Positions 24,534 through 32,187 of a DNA stretch of 32,187 nt are shown in pieces. The translations under genes and the position numbers were made by a program. Location: contig DASQDJ010000257.1 of the NCBI GenBank assembly GCA_035634215.1, forward strand, positions 1 to 32,187. The letters are read 5' to 3'. Origin of the DNA: Solirubrobacterales bacterium. GTDB taxonomy: Bacteria > Actinomycetota > Thermoleophilia > Solirubrobacterales > 70-9. Every line of letters starts with the position of its first letter. Positions within the stretch are counted from its first letter, which is position 1. Under the pieces are notes generated by a model. That model was not told the origin of the DNA, did no database searches, and was given only the letters and a program-made list of their open reading frames with translations.

Positions 24534-25697
24534 ATGGACCTCCTCGAGTACCAGGGCAAGCAGCTGTTCGCCGCGCACGGAATCGCCGTGCCAAGCGGCG
24601 AGGTCGCGAAGACCGTGGACGAGGCCGTCGCGGCGGCGGAGCGGATCGGCTACCCCTGCGCGATCAAGGCCCAGGTCCTGATCGGCGGGCGTGGCAAGGC
24701 CGGCGGAATCAAGATCGCCGCCGACGCCGAGGAGGCGCGCGCGCATGCCGACGCGATCCTCGGAATGGACATCGTCGGGCCGCATGGCGAGGGCCCGTTC
24801 CGGGTCGACCAGGTCTGGATCGAGGGCGGCTCGGACATCGCCGAGGAGTACTACGCCTCGATCATCCTCGACCGCGGCGAGAAGAAGCTGCTGGCGATGG
24901 TCTCGGCGAAAGGCGGCATGGACATCGAGGCGGTCGCCGCCGAGGACCCCAAAGCTCTGGTCAAGCGCCACATCGACCCGACCCGCGAGTTCGACGCCGC
25001 GACGGCGCGCTCGATCGTCGCCGACGCCGGTCTGGCCGAGGACGCGCTCGACCAGGCCGCCGCCGTGCTGGTGAAGCTGGCCGAGGTGGCGCGCGAGGAG
25101 GACGCGACCCTGATCGAGGTCAACCCGCTGATCGTCACCGCCGACCGCGACGTCGTCGCCCTCGACTCCAAGGTGACGATCGACGGCAACGCCCTCTTCC
25201 GCCACCAGGACCTGGCCGAGATCGCCGACACCGTCGACGATCCGCAGGAGCAGATGGCGAAGGAGAAGGGCCTCACCTACGTCAAGCTCGACGGCAACGT
25301 CGGGATCCTCGCCAACGGCGCCGGCCTCTGCATGTCGACGCTCGACGTCGTCGCGCAGGCGGGCGGCGCTCCGGCCAACTTCCTCGACGCCGGCGGCGGC
25401 TCGAAAGCCGAGGCGATCGTCGACGCGCTGACCGTGATCTCCTCCGACCAGAAGGTCACCGCGATCCTCTTCAACATCTTCGGCGGGATCACCCGCTGCG
25501 ACGAGATCGCCAAGGGCATCGTCGAGGCATCCGGCCAGCTCGACCTCGGCGTGCCGCTGGTCGTGCGGCTCGACGGGACGAACTCCGAGGAGGGGCTGGC
25601 GATCCTTGCCGAGGCCGACCTGCCCAACCTGCACCAGGAGAAGACGATGCTGGGCGCCGCGAAGCGCGTCGTCGAGCTGGCGGAGGCGAGTGGCTGA
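24534..25697 (+). CDS. sucC: Succinyl-CoA synthetase beta subunit
   Basis: MDLLEYQGKQLFAAHGIAVP, ATP-grasp domain, GNVGILANGAGLCMSTLD. Confidence 0.95.
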   Translation: MDLLEYQGKQLFAAHGIAVPSGEVAKTVDEAVAAAERIGYPCAIKAQVLIGGRGKAGGIKIAADAEEARAHADAILGMDIVGPHGEGPFRVDQVWIEGGSDIAEEYYASIILDRGEKKLLAMVSAKGGMDIEAVAAEDPKALVKRHIDPTREFDAATARSIVADAGLAEDALDQAAAVLVKLAEVAREEDATLIEVNPLIVTADRDVVALDSKVTIDGNALFRHQDLAEIADTVDDPQEQMAKEKGLTYVKLDGNVGILANGAGLCMSTLDVVAQAGGAPANFLDAGGGSKAEAIVDALTVISSDQKVTAILFNIFGGITRCDEIAKGIVEASGQLDLGVPLVVRLDGTNSEEGLAILAEADLPNLHQEKTMLGAAKRVVELAEASG

Positions 25698-26569
25698 TGT
25701 CGATAATCGTCGGCAACGAGACCAAGCTCGTCGTCTCCGGGCTGACTGGTCGCGAGGGCTCTTTCCACGGGCTGCGCAACCGCGCCTACGGGACCGACCT
25801 CGTCGCGGGAGTCACGCCCGGCAAGGGTGGCCAGGACGTCGAGGGGGTGCCGATCTACGACTCGATCCGCGAGGCGGTCGAGAAGGAGGGCGCCAACACC
25901 TCGATGATCTTCGTGCCGGCCCGCTTCGCCGCGCCCGCGATCGACGAGGCGATCGAGTCGGGGGTCGAGACGGTGATCGCGATCACCGAGGGCATCCCCG
26001 TGCTCGACATGCTGAAGACGTATTGGAAGGCGCAAGAGGCGGGCGTGCGGCTGATCGGGCCGAACTGCCCCGGCGTGCTCTCGCCCGGCAAGGCCAACGT
26101 CGGCATCATCCCGGCCCAGTTCTTCGACCCCGGCAAGATCGGCGTCGTCTCCAAGTCGGGCACGCTGACCTACCAGATCGGCAACGAGCTGAAGCAGGCG
26201 GGCGAGGGGAACTCCTCGATCGTCGGCATCGGCGGCGACCCGATCGTCGGCTCGGACTTCATCGACATCCTCAAGCTCTACGAGGCTGACCCCGAGACCG
26301 AGCTGATCGTGATGGTCGGCGAGATCGGCGGCGACGCCGAGGAGCGTGCCGCCGAGTTCATCGCGTCCGAGATCTCCAAGCCGGTCGTCGCCTACATCGC
26401 CGGCTTCACGGCGCCGCCCGGCAAGCAGATGGGCCACGCCGGCGCGATCATCTCCGGCTCGTCGGGCACCGCGCAGGCCAAGAAGGAGGCGCTGGAGGAG
26501 AAGGGCGTCCGGGTCGGCGAAAGCCCCACCGAGACGGCGCGGATCGCGGTCGAGACGCTGCGCGGCTAG
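25697..26569 (+). CDS. sucD: Succinyl-CoA synthetase alpha subunit
   Basis: MSIIVGNETKLVVSGLTGREGSFH..., SKSGTLTYQ, GHAGAIISG (phosphohistidine loop). The ATG overlaps the sucC stop (TGATG). This is the last 290 codons of track ORF 23705..26569. Confidence 0.95.
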   Translation: MSIIVGNETKLVVSGLTGREGSFHGLRNRAYGTDLVAGVTPGKGGQDVEGVPIYDSIREAVEKEGANTSMIFVPARFAAPAIDEAIESGVETVIAITEGIPVLDMLKTYWKAQEAGVRLIGPNCPGVLSPGKANVGIIPAQFFDPGKIGVVSKSGTLTYQIGNELKQAGEGNSSIVGIGGDPIVGSDFIDILKLYEADPETELIVMVGEIGGDAEERAAEFIASEISKPVVAYIAGFTAPPGKQMGHAGAIISGSSGTAQAKKEALEEKGVRVGESPTETARIAVETLRG

Positions 26570-26582
26570 GTCCGCGCTACCG

Positions 26583-27800
26583 CTAGAACCGCTTCGGTCG
26601 GAGCGTCAGGCCGCGGACGATCGCTTCCATCCCCTCGAAGGAGCCGTAGGGGTTTGCGGTTTCGATGAAGTCCGGGGCGGGGGGAGCGTTGACGACGATT
26701 CTCACCCCACCGACGTCGACCCACGCGGTGAACGCCCGCGGCTCGTCCTTCGGGCAGCGCCTGAAGTCCTCTTTGTAGCCGCCGAAGATCGTCGCGGTTC
26801 GATCTGGCAGGGCGATCGTCCTCGTCCGGGTGCACTTCCAGGTGGTGATCGCGCGGGCGGTCTTGGAACGGGCGAAAACGGGCCACGTCTCCGGGGTCCA
26901 GGTCTTGAGCCAAATGGTCGCGTAGTGGACTTCCAGCGGGGCGGTCGGGCCTTCGGGGAGAAACCCAGTCGTTTCCGCGATCGGCTTGCCGGTGAACCCG
27001 GATCTGTAGAGCCGGTTCTCCGGCAGTCCCCGGCCCGGCCGGAAGTTGCGTCCCAGCCAATAGACGGGGAGGTCGATCGCCGGGTCGTCGAGCCCGACTT
27101 CGCCGTCGAAGCGTTCGGCGCGCGTGTAGCGGGTCGGCTTGCGTATGTGCGCCTGCTGGAGGCGGGCGAGCTCCGCCGCCATGCGGTCCGCCTGCGAGTA
27201 GGAATCGGCGACGGCCTCGACCACGGCCAGCGTGTTGCCCGACCGCCAGACGAGGAAGGACGCGGCGCGACCCGCCTGCCTGAGGTATCCCGACGTCGGG
27301 GCGTGGAAGAGCCTGGTGGCCCGGCCGACCCGCTCACTGGGCCGGACCTCGCGCGGCGGATCGTCACGCCCGATGATTTCGGGGGCCACCGCCCAGCCGG
27401 CGTCGGCTGCCGCGTCGCTTCCCAGGGCCATAACGCCCGTTCCCGCAAGGGCAGGGCTCGGGGTTTGGCCCGGCAGGGAGTAGAGCCGCGAGTAGGCGTC
27501 GATGCAGCCCTTCGGGCGATAGCGAACGATGAACCTCGCCAGCCTGGGCGGGGTGTCGTCGGGGTTCGTCAGGTGCGAGCAGAAGATCCTCTCGTCCTCC
27601 GACTCCTGGAGGTCGAAATTGACGTAGCCGAGCGGCAGGTCGCTCAGCCGCAGGATCAGCCGGGTCTGATCCGGGCCCTTCCGAGGGGCGGCATCCGCTC
27701 CCATCGAGGCGATCGTCGCGAGGCCGGCGGCCAGGCCGAGAAGGCCTAGGGCTGCCCCTATGGCGATCCGTCGCCCCCGCTCCTCTAGCGTCCTTGCCAT
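26583..27800 (-). CDS. Secreted/membrane-anchored hypothetical protein
   Basis: ATG at 27800 (MARTLEERGRRIAIGAALGLLGLAAGLATIASMGADAAP), followed by 405 aa of non-repetitive sequence. The rest of the 804-aa track ORF is antisense to the aminotransferase. Confidence 0.65.
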   Translation of the reverse strand: MARTLEERGRRIAIGAALGLLGLAAGLATIASMGADAAPRKGPDQTRLILRLSDLPLGYVNFDLQESEDERIFCSHLTNPDDTPPRLARFIVRYRPKGCIDAYSRLYSLPGQTPSPALAGTGVMALGSDAAADAGWAVAPEIIGRDDPPREVRPSERVGRATRLFHAPTSGYLRQAGRAASFLVWRSGNTLAVVEAVADSYSQADRMAAELARLQQAHIRKPTRYTRAERFDGEVGLDDPAIDLPVYWLGRNFRPGRGLPENRLYRSGFTGKPIAETTGFLPEGPTAPLEVHYATIWLKTWTPETWPVFARSKTARAITTWKCTRTRTIALPDRTATIFGGYKEDFRRCPKDEPRAFTAWVDVGGVRIVVNAPPAPDFIETANPYGSFEGMEAIVRGLTLRPKRF

Positions 27801-27863
27801 CGGTCTGAGCCTACGCCCGGCAGCGGCCGTTCGCCGACCGACCGTTGCTAGGCTCGGCTCACG

Positions 27864-28967
27864 ATGGCCACGGACACGATCTCCTTCGCTCGCGGCGCCC
27901 CCAGCGCCGACATCCTGCCCAAGGACGCGGTGCGCGACGCGGCCGCCGCGGCGCTCTCGGAGGATTGGCAGAAAGCTCTCTCCTACGGAACCGGCATCGG
28001 CCATCCGGGCCTCTGCCAGTGGGTCGCGGAGCGGCACGGCGGGCTGGACGCCGGCCAGGTAATGATCGCCAACGGCTCGCTGGAGGCCGGCTGGATGCTC
28101 TTCGAGCACCTGCTCGAGCCGGGCGACCGGGTGATCGTCGAGCAGCCGACCTACGACCGCACCCTCTTGATGCTGCAACGGCTCGGGGTCGAGCTGGTGC
28201 CGGTGGCCCTGGAGGCCGACGGCATCGACGTCGGCGCGGTCGAGGCGGCGCTGGGCGACGGCCCGGTCAAGCTCGCCCACGTCATCCCCAACTTCCACAA
28301 CCCGGCGGGCTGCACGCTCTCGGCCGAGAAGCGGGTCCGCCTGGTCGAGCTGGCCGCCGAGCACGGCTTTTGGCTCTTCGAGGACGACCCCTACCGCGAG
28401 CTGCCCTTCGAGGGAGAGCCGCTGGAGACGATGCTCTCGATCGACAAGGCGGGCCGCGTCGTCCACGCCTCCTCCTTCTCGAAGACGGTCAGCCCGGGCG
28501 TCCGGGTCGGCTACCTGGCCGGGCCCGCGGAGGAGATCGCCAAGCTCGCCAAACGCGCCAACGAGACCTACATCTCGCCCAACATGCTGGCCGAGGCGGT
28601 CGTGCTGGAGCTGTGCCGCTCCGGCGGGCTCGACGCCAACATCGAGTTCGTGCGCGGCGCCCTGCGCGACCGGCGCGACGCCCTGGTCGACGCGCTGCGC
28701 GACCAGATCCCCGAGGCCGAGTTCGTCGTCCCGGCCGGCGGCTACTTCCTCTGGCTCGACCTCGCGGAGGGCACGGACACGACGGTGCTCCTCGCCGAGG
28801 CGAAGGGCGAGGGCGTCGCCTTCGTCGCCGGCCCCGACTTCATGATCGACGGGGGTGCCAACAGCTTGCGTCTTTCCTTCGCGAGCGTCCCGCCCGACCG
28901 CATTCCCGAGGGCGTTGCGCGTATCGCTCGCTCTCTGGAGCGAGTCCGAACCGGCTCGCCCGCGTAG
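27864..28967 (+). CDS. PLP-dependent aminotransferase, class I/II fold
   Basis: ISFARGAPSADILP, NFHNPAGCTLS, and the SSFSKTVSPGVRVGY PLP-lysine motif; 367 aa. Confidence 0.85.
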   Translation: MATDTISFARGAPSADILPKDAVRDAAAAALSEDWQKALSYGTGIGHPGLCQWVAERHGGLDAGQVMIANGSLEAGWMLFEHLLEPGDRVIVEQPTYDRTLLMLQRLGVELVPVALEADGIDVGAVEAALGDGPVKLAHVIPNFHNPAGCTLSAEKRVRLVELAAEHGFWLFEDDPYRELPFEGEPLETMLSIDKAGRVVHASSFSKTVSPGVRVGYLAGPAEEIAKLAKRANETYISPNMLAEAVVLELCRSGGLDANIEFVRGALRDRRDALVDALRDQIPEAEFVVPAGGYFLWLDLAEGTDTTVLLAEAKGEGVAFVAGPDFMIDGGANSLRLSFASVPPDRIPEGVARIARSLERVRTGSPA

Positions 28968-28973
28968 CCGACT

Positions 28974-28997
28974 TTGACCCCCCTGGAAGGGGGTCAA
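28974..28997. terminator. Hairpin between convergent genes (9-bp stem, 6-nt loop)
   Basis: TTGACCCCC ctggaa GGGGGTCAA. Confidence 0.5.
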
Positions 28998-29009
28998 GGT
29001 CCGAAGCGC

Positions 29010-29723
29010 TCAGCGGCCGTAGCGATCCTGCGAGAGCACGAGCTGCTCCGGGATAGCGGCGCGCGGCGGTGGCGCCGGGTCGGCCCGCACCGAGACGGTC
29101 TCGGCGACGCTGCGCGAGACGTGGTGGGCGCCGTCGCTCGAGGCGATCGTCACGCCGTCGTCGTCTGAGCTATCGACCTTGCCCTCCAGCCCCGGGTGAA
29201 GGCCCGCGTCCTTGAGGTAGTGGAGCAGCTCCTCCGCCTCGTTCTCGAAGCGCAGCACGACGACGTCGGCGCCGACCTCGACGTCGGCGAGCAGCGAGCC
29301 GCGCTCGCGCGCCCCCTCGACGATCGGGTGGCCGTGCGGGCAGGTCGTCGCGTCCCCGATCGCCGCTCGCATCCGCTCCTCCAGCACCGGTGACATCGCG
29401 TGCTCGATCCGCTCGGCCTCCTCGTGGACCTCGTCCCAGGGGATCCCCAGCACGTCGGTCAGAAAGCGCTCGATCATCCGGTGGCGGCGCACGATGTAGC
29501 TGGCGTGCTCGCGCCCGGACCCGGTGAAGGCGAGCGACTTGTCGGGGTTGCGCTCGACGTAGCCGTCGTCGACGAGGCGGCCGATCATCTCGTGGACGGT
29601 CGGCGGCGAGAGCTGCATCGCGCGGGCGATGTTGGCGCCCGTCATCGGCAGCCCGGCCTCCTCGAGCCAGAACATGATCTCCAGGTACTCCTGCTCGGCG
29701 ACGGTCGCGCTCTCCTGCGACAA
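29010..29723 (-). CDS. DtxR/IdeR/MntR-family metal-dependent transcriptional regulator with C-terminal FeoA/SH3-like domain
   Basis: EQEYLEIMFWLEE...ANIARAMQLSPPTVHEMIGRLVDDGYV, RRHRMIERFLTDVLGIPWDEVHEEAERIEHAMSP, CPHGHPI. Confidence 0.9.
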   Translation of the reverse strand: MSQESATVAEQEYLEIMFWLEEAGLPMTGANIARAMQLSPPTVHEMIGRLVDDGYVERNPDKSLAFTGSGREHASYIVRRHRMIERFLTDVLGIPWDEVHEEAERIEHAMSPVLEERMRAAIGDATTCPHGHPIVEGARERGSLLADVEVGADVVVLRFENEAEELLHYLKDAGLHPGLEGKVDSSDDDGVTIASSDGAHHVSRSVAETVSVRADPAPPPRAAIPEQLVLSQDRYGR

Positions 29724-29782
29724 GCGGCTCTCCTCTCAGCGGTCGGGGACGAGGCCGATACTAGAGATCGGCGGACCGCCGC

Positions 29783-30595
29783 TCAGCGTTCCGCCAGGCT
29801 GGAGACGACGGCCTCGTAGAAGCCGTCGCCCATCGCCCCTTCGGTGACCGTGACGTTGTCCCAGGCGGCGAGCGCGGCGCGCAGACCGGGGTCACGCTGG
29901 GGGCCGTTCGCGACGACGAAGAAGCGGCCGACCGCGGCGGCCACCTCCAGGTCCTCGACCGAGTCGCCGACCGCGATGCAGTCGGCCGGGTCGTAGCCGC
30001 GGGCGCGGGCGTGGGCGGCGGCCCCGTTCGCCTTGCTGACCAGCTTCGGGACGAGGTGGTAGGCGTGGGCGGGCTCGCCCGTCGAGGCGAGCGGGCGGTT
30101 GATCGCCCCGTTGTCGAGGAAGCGCAGGTCGTCGTGGCCCTCCTCGGCCAGCAGCGCGTTGACCTCGTCCACGGAGACCGCGCCGCGAAAGAGGTGGGAG
30201 AGGACGCGGCCGTGGTGCCAGGGCGAGTGGTATTCGATCCGCTCGGGGAAGCGCTCGAAGAGCAGCCTGGGGATGCCGCGCGCCTCGATCTTCTCGTAGA
30301 CGGTGCCGTCGTCGTCGGGGACGAGGTCGCCGGTCAGCAGCGTCGTCTCACCGTCGATCGCGAAGGCGCAGCCGGCCTCGTATATGTAGGAGGCCTGGCC
30401 CATCAGGCGGGCGGCCTCGTGGACCTGCGGCTCGCGGCGGCCGGACATGATCACCACCTCGACGCCGGCCCGGTGGCAGGCCTGCAACCCACGCGCCTGT
30501 GCCAGCGAGAAGCCACCGTCGGCGTCGCGGAAGAGCGAGCTGCCCTTGCCGAGCAGGGTGCCGTCGAGGTCCACGTAGACGCTTCGCAGGGCCAT
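29783..30595 (-). CDS. HAD-superfamily hydrolase, subfamily IIB (Cof-like phosphatase)
   Basis: Start at ATG 30595 (MALRSVYVDLDGTLLGK). VVIMSGR; C-terminal AVGDSVEDLE motif. Confidence 0.8.
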   Translation of the reverse strand: MALRSVYVDLDGTLLGKGSSLFRDADGGFSLAQARGLQACHRAGVEVVIMSGRREPQVHEAARLMGQASYIYEAGCAFAIDGETTLLTGDLVPDDDGTVYEKIEARGIPRLLFERFPERIEYHSPWHHGRVLSHLFRGAVSVDEVNALLAEEGHDDLRFLDNGAINRPLASTGEPAHAYHLVPKLVSKANGAAAHARARGYDPADCIAVGDSVEDLEVAAAVGRFFVVANGPQRDPGLRAALAAWDNVTVTEGAMGDGFYEAVVSSLAER

Positions 30596-30729
30596 GGTGC
30601 GGCTCGCTACGGTAGCCAGATGAACCAATGCACGGGGCTGCGGGTCCTGTCGCGGAGAGGGGCCTCGCCGTCCTCGCAAGCTGCGGGCGGCGACCCCCGT
30701 CTCCACGCCACCCGCAGAGGATGCGCTCG

Positions 30730-31644
30730 ATGATCTGGCGACTGGCGGGCCGTCAGCTGAGCTTGGATCAGCCCATTGCCGCGGGAATCGTCAACGTCAC
30801 GGCCGACTCGATGTTCGAGGGGGCCCGCAGCGGCACGCCGGAGCAGGCGGTCGCCGACGGTCGGGCGCTGGCCGGGGCCGGCTTCGACATGCTCGACGTC
30901 GGCGCGGTCGCGGCGCGCAGCGGCCCGCCCGTGGCGGCGGAGCGGGAGGCGGCGGCGCTCGTGCCAGCGATCGAGGGCCTGACCAGGGTGGCCCTGGGCG
31001 GCGATGACGAGAGCGACGACGCCGGCACCGGCGTCCCGATCTCCGCCGACACGTTCTCGCCCGAGGTGGCTCGGCGCGCCCTGGCGGCCGGGGCCGTCGC
31101 GATCAACGACATCTCGGGCGGCTGCGAGGAGATGTTTGGGCTTGTCGCGGAGAGCGGCTGCGGCTACGTCCTCATGCACATCGAGGGCCCGCCACGGGTC
31201 GACCGGCCTCCGCGCGACTACGGCGACGTTGTCGATCACCTCAAAGCCTGGTTCGAGGGGAGAATCGAGCAAGCTCGGAGCCTTGGGGTGGACGAGGAGC
31301 AGATCGCGATCGACCCCGGCCTCGACTTCGACAAGACGACCGAGCAGGATCTGGAGATCCTGCGGCGGCTGCCCGAGCTGCGCGAGCTGGGCAGGCCGCT
31401 CTACGTCTCTCTTTCGCGCAAGGACCTCGTCGGCGCCGTGCTGGCCGGATCGTGGGAGGAGCGCCTGCCGGCGAGTGAGCGCGAGTGGGGCACCGTCGCC
31501 GCGGTTGCGCTCGCGGTGCGCGGTGGCGCCGACGTGCTGCGCATTCACGACCGCAGCTCGCTGCAGGCGGTGCGAGTTTCTGGCGCGATCCGGACGTCGC
31601 CAGACCAGGACGCAGAGAGGCTGGCAAGGGGAGCGCACACGTAG
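30730..31644 (+). CDS. folP: Dihydropteroate synthase family protein (stand-alone, possibly FolP2-like paralog)
   Basis: [76 protein letters not shown] 30730 is 9 nt after GAGG; an alternative ATG lies at 30721. Confidence 0.8.
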   Translation: MIWRLAGRQLSLDQPIAAGIVNVTADSMFEGARSGTPEQAVADGRALAGAGFDMLDVGAVAARSGPPVAAEREAAALVPAIEGLTRVALGGDDESDDAGTGVPISADTFSPEVARRALAAGAVAINDISGGCEEMFGLVAESGCGYVLMHIEGPPRVDRPPRDYGDVVDHLKAWFEGRIEQARSLGVDEEQIAIDPGLDFDKTTEQDLEILRRLPELRELGRPLYVSLSRKDLVGAVLAGSWEERLPASEREWGTVAAVALAVRGGADVLRIHDRSSLQAVRVSGAIRTSPDQDAERLARGAHT

Positions 31645-31679
31645 TGCGTGACCCGCAGCCAGCCGACCGAGGACGCCGT

Positions 31680-32187
31680 ATGGCGACGTCCGGGGCCGCC
31701 AGCCTGCTGGAGCATCCGTGGTCGATCGCCATCGACCCCGCCCGCCGCGACGAGCGGATCGTCGCCGAGTCCTCGGAGCAGGAGCGGCCCGCCCGCCCGG
31801 TCGCCCTGCCGCGCTCGCTCGACCCGGGCCTCGTCGACGCCCTGCGCCGCGGTGGGATCGAGCGCCTCTACTCGCACCAGCGGGAAGCGTTCGAGATCGC
31901 CGCGAGCTCGAACCTCGTCCTGACCAGCGGCACCGCCTCGGGCAAGAGCCTCGCCTTCAACCTGCCGGTCCTCGACGGGATCGCCCGCGACGCCAAGCGC
32001 CGCGCCCTCGATCTCTATCCGACCAAGGCGCTCGCGCAGGACCAGGCGCGCAAGCTCGCCGCGCTGCGCCCGCCCAACCTGCGCGAGGCGATCTACGACG
32101 GCGACACGCCGCGCGAGGAGCGGCCGGCGATCCGCCGTCGCTCCAACCTCGTCCTCACCAACCCCGACATGCTTCACGTCGGCGTCC
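31680..32187 (+). CDS. DEAD/DEAH-box (DEXH) helicase, Lhr/MrfA-like, 5' partial (runs off the window)
   Basis: The open frame from ATG 31680 (alternative GTG 31644) reads ...[36 protein letters not shown]...[11 protein letters not shown]. These are motifs Q, I and Ia. Not listed in the ORF track because no stop is reached. Confidence 0.8.
   Translation, partial: MATSGAASLLEHPWSIAIDPARRDERIVAESSEQERPARPVALPRSLDPGLVDALRRGGIERLYSHQREAFEIAASSNLVLTSGTASGKSLAFNLPVLDGIARDAKRRALDLYPTKALAQDQARKLAALRPPNLREAIYDGDTPREERPAIRRRSNLVLTNPDMLHVGV

Noticed and set aside
23705-25696. N-terminal ~660 codons of the 954-aa ORF 23705..26569
   Set aside because: The sequence is Arg/Gly/Pro-rich low complexity. It overlaps the HAD gene on the opposite strand and sucC in another frame. 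Only the last 290 codons (25697-26569) are real, and they encode SucD.
24423-26437. Minus-strand ORFs 24423..25634 (403 aa) and 25277..26437 (386 aa)
   Set aside because: They are antisense to sucC and sucD.
27801-28997. Upstream half of the 804-aa minus-strand ORF 26583..28997
   Set aside because: It is antisense to a well-supported aminotransferase (SFSK PLP motif) and has a typical high-GC shadow-ORF composition. The real minus-strand gene starts at ATG 27800.
31648-31923. 91-aa plus-strand ORF, and the 210-aa minus-strand ORF 31545..32177
   Set aside because: Another frame, starting at ATG 31680, encodes clear helicase motifs I and Ia. These two ORFs are off-frame or antisense shadows.
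1-32187. CRISPR arrays, tRNA/rRNA genes, IS elements, integrases and prophage genes
   Set aside because: Reading both strands, I found no regularly spaced direct repeats, no cloverleaf-like conserved tRNA motifs, and no transposase or integrase ORFs.

Overview
This is a high-GC window (about 70% by eye) that looks like actinobacterial chromosome, possibly Thermoleophilia/Solirubrobacterales-like, though that is only a guess. No rRNA, tRNA, CRISPR array, transposase or integrase was recognised. All product calls come from motif recognition by eye; no searches were run.

Most of the window is housekeeping:
- Sulfate assimilation operon: dodecin, rhodanese, sulfite reductase, APS reductase, ATP sulfurylase, APS kinase.
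- Biotin carboxylase/BCCP subunit of an acyl-CoA carboxylase.
- sucCD.
- A class I/II aminotransferase.
- A DtxR-family metalloregulator.
- Two HAD hydrolases.
- A PHP phosphoesterase.
- A formylglycine-type sulfatase.
- A stand-alone DHPS paralog.
- The 5' end of a DEXH helicase.

Two regions stand out.

1. 2003-5361 is a tightly translationally coupled four-gene operon. It encodes a soluble, atypical Hanks-type kinase. It also encodes an AAA+ ATPase that aligns strikingly with Rubisco activase. The third product is a ~190-aa protein whose N-terminus (ETYTYT x2 plus a helix) resembles bacterial HORMA (Cap7-like) proteins. The fourth is an FHA+HTH protein. It looks like a HORMA/AAA+ remodeller switch attached to a kinase and a phosphothreonine-reading DNA-binding output, rather than to a CD-NTase as in type III CBASS. 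I consider it the best candidate for an undescribed system.

2. 10515-19021 is a compositionally deviant cassette. Two paralogous low-GC genes for small secreted six-Cys proteins bracket two translationally coupled giant secreted proteins. The first giant protein has NHL propeller, FN3-like and PD40-like regions; the second has no recognisable domain. Both end in extremely basic, Cys-containing C-terminal tails.

Many long ORFs in the six-frame track are antisense or off-frame artefacts of the high GC content and are rejected below.
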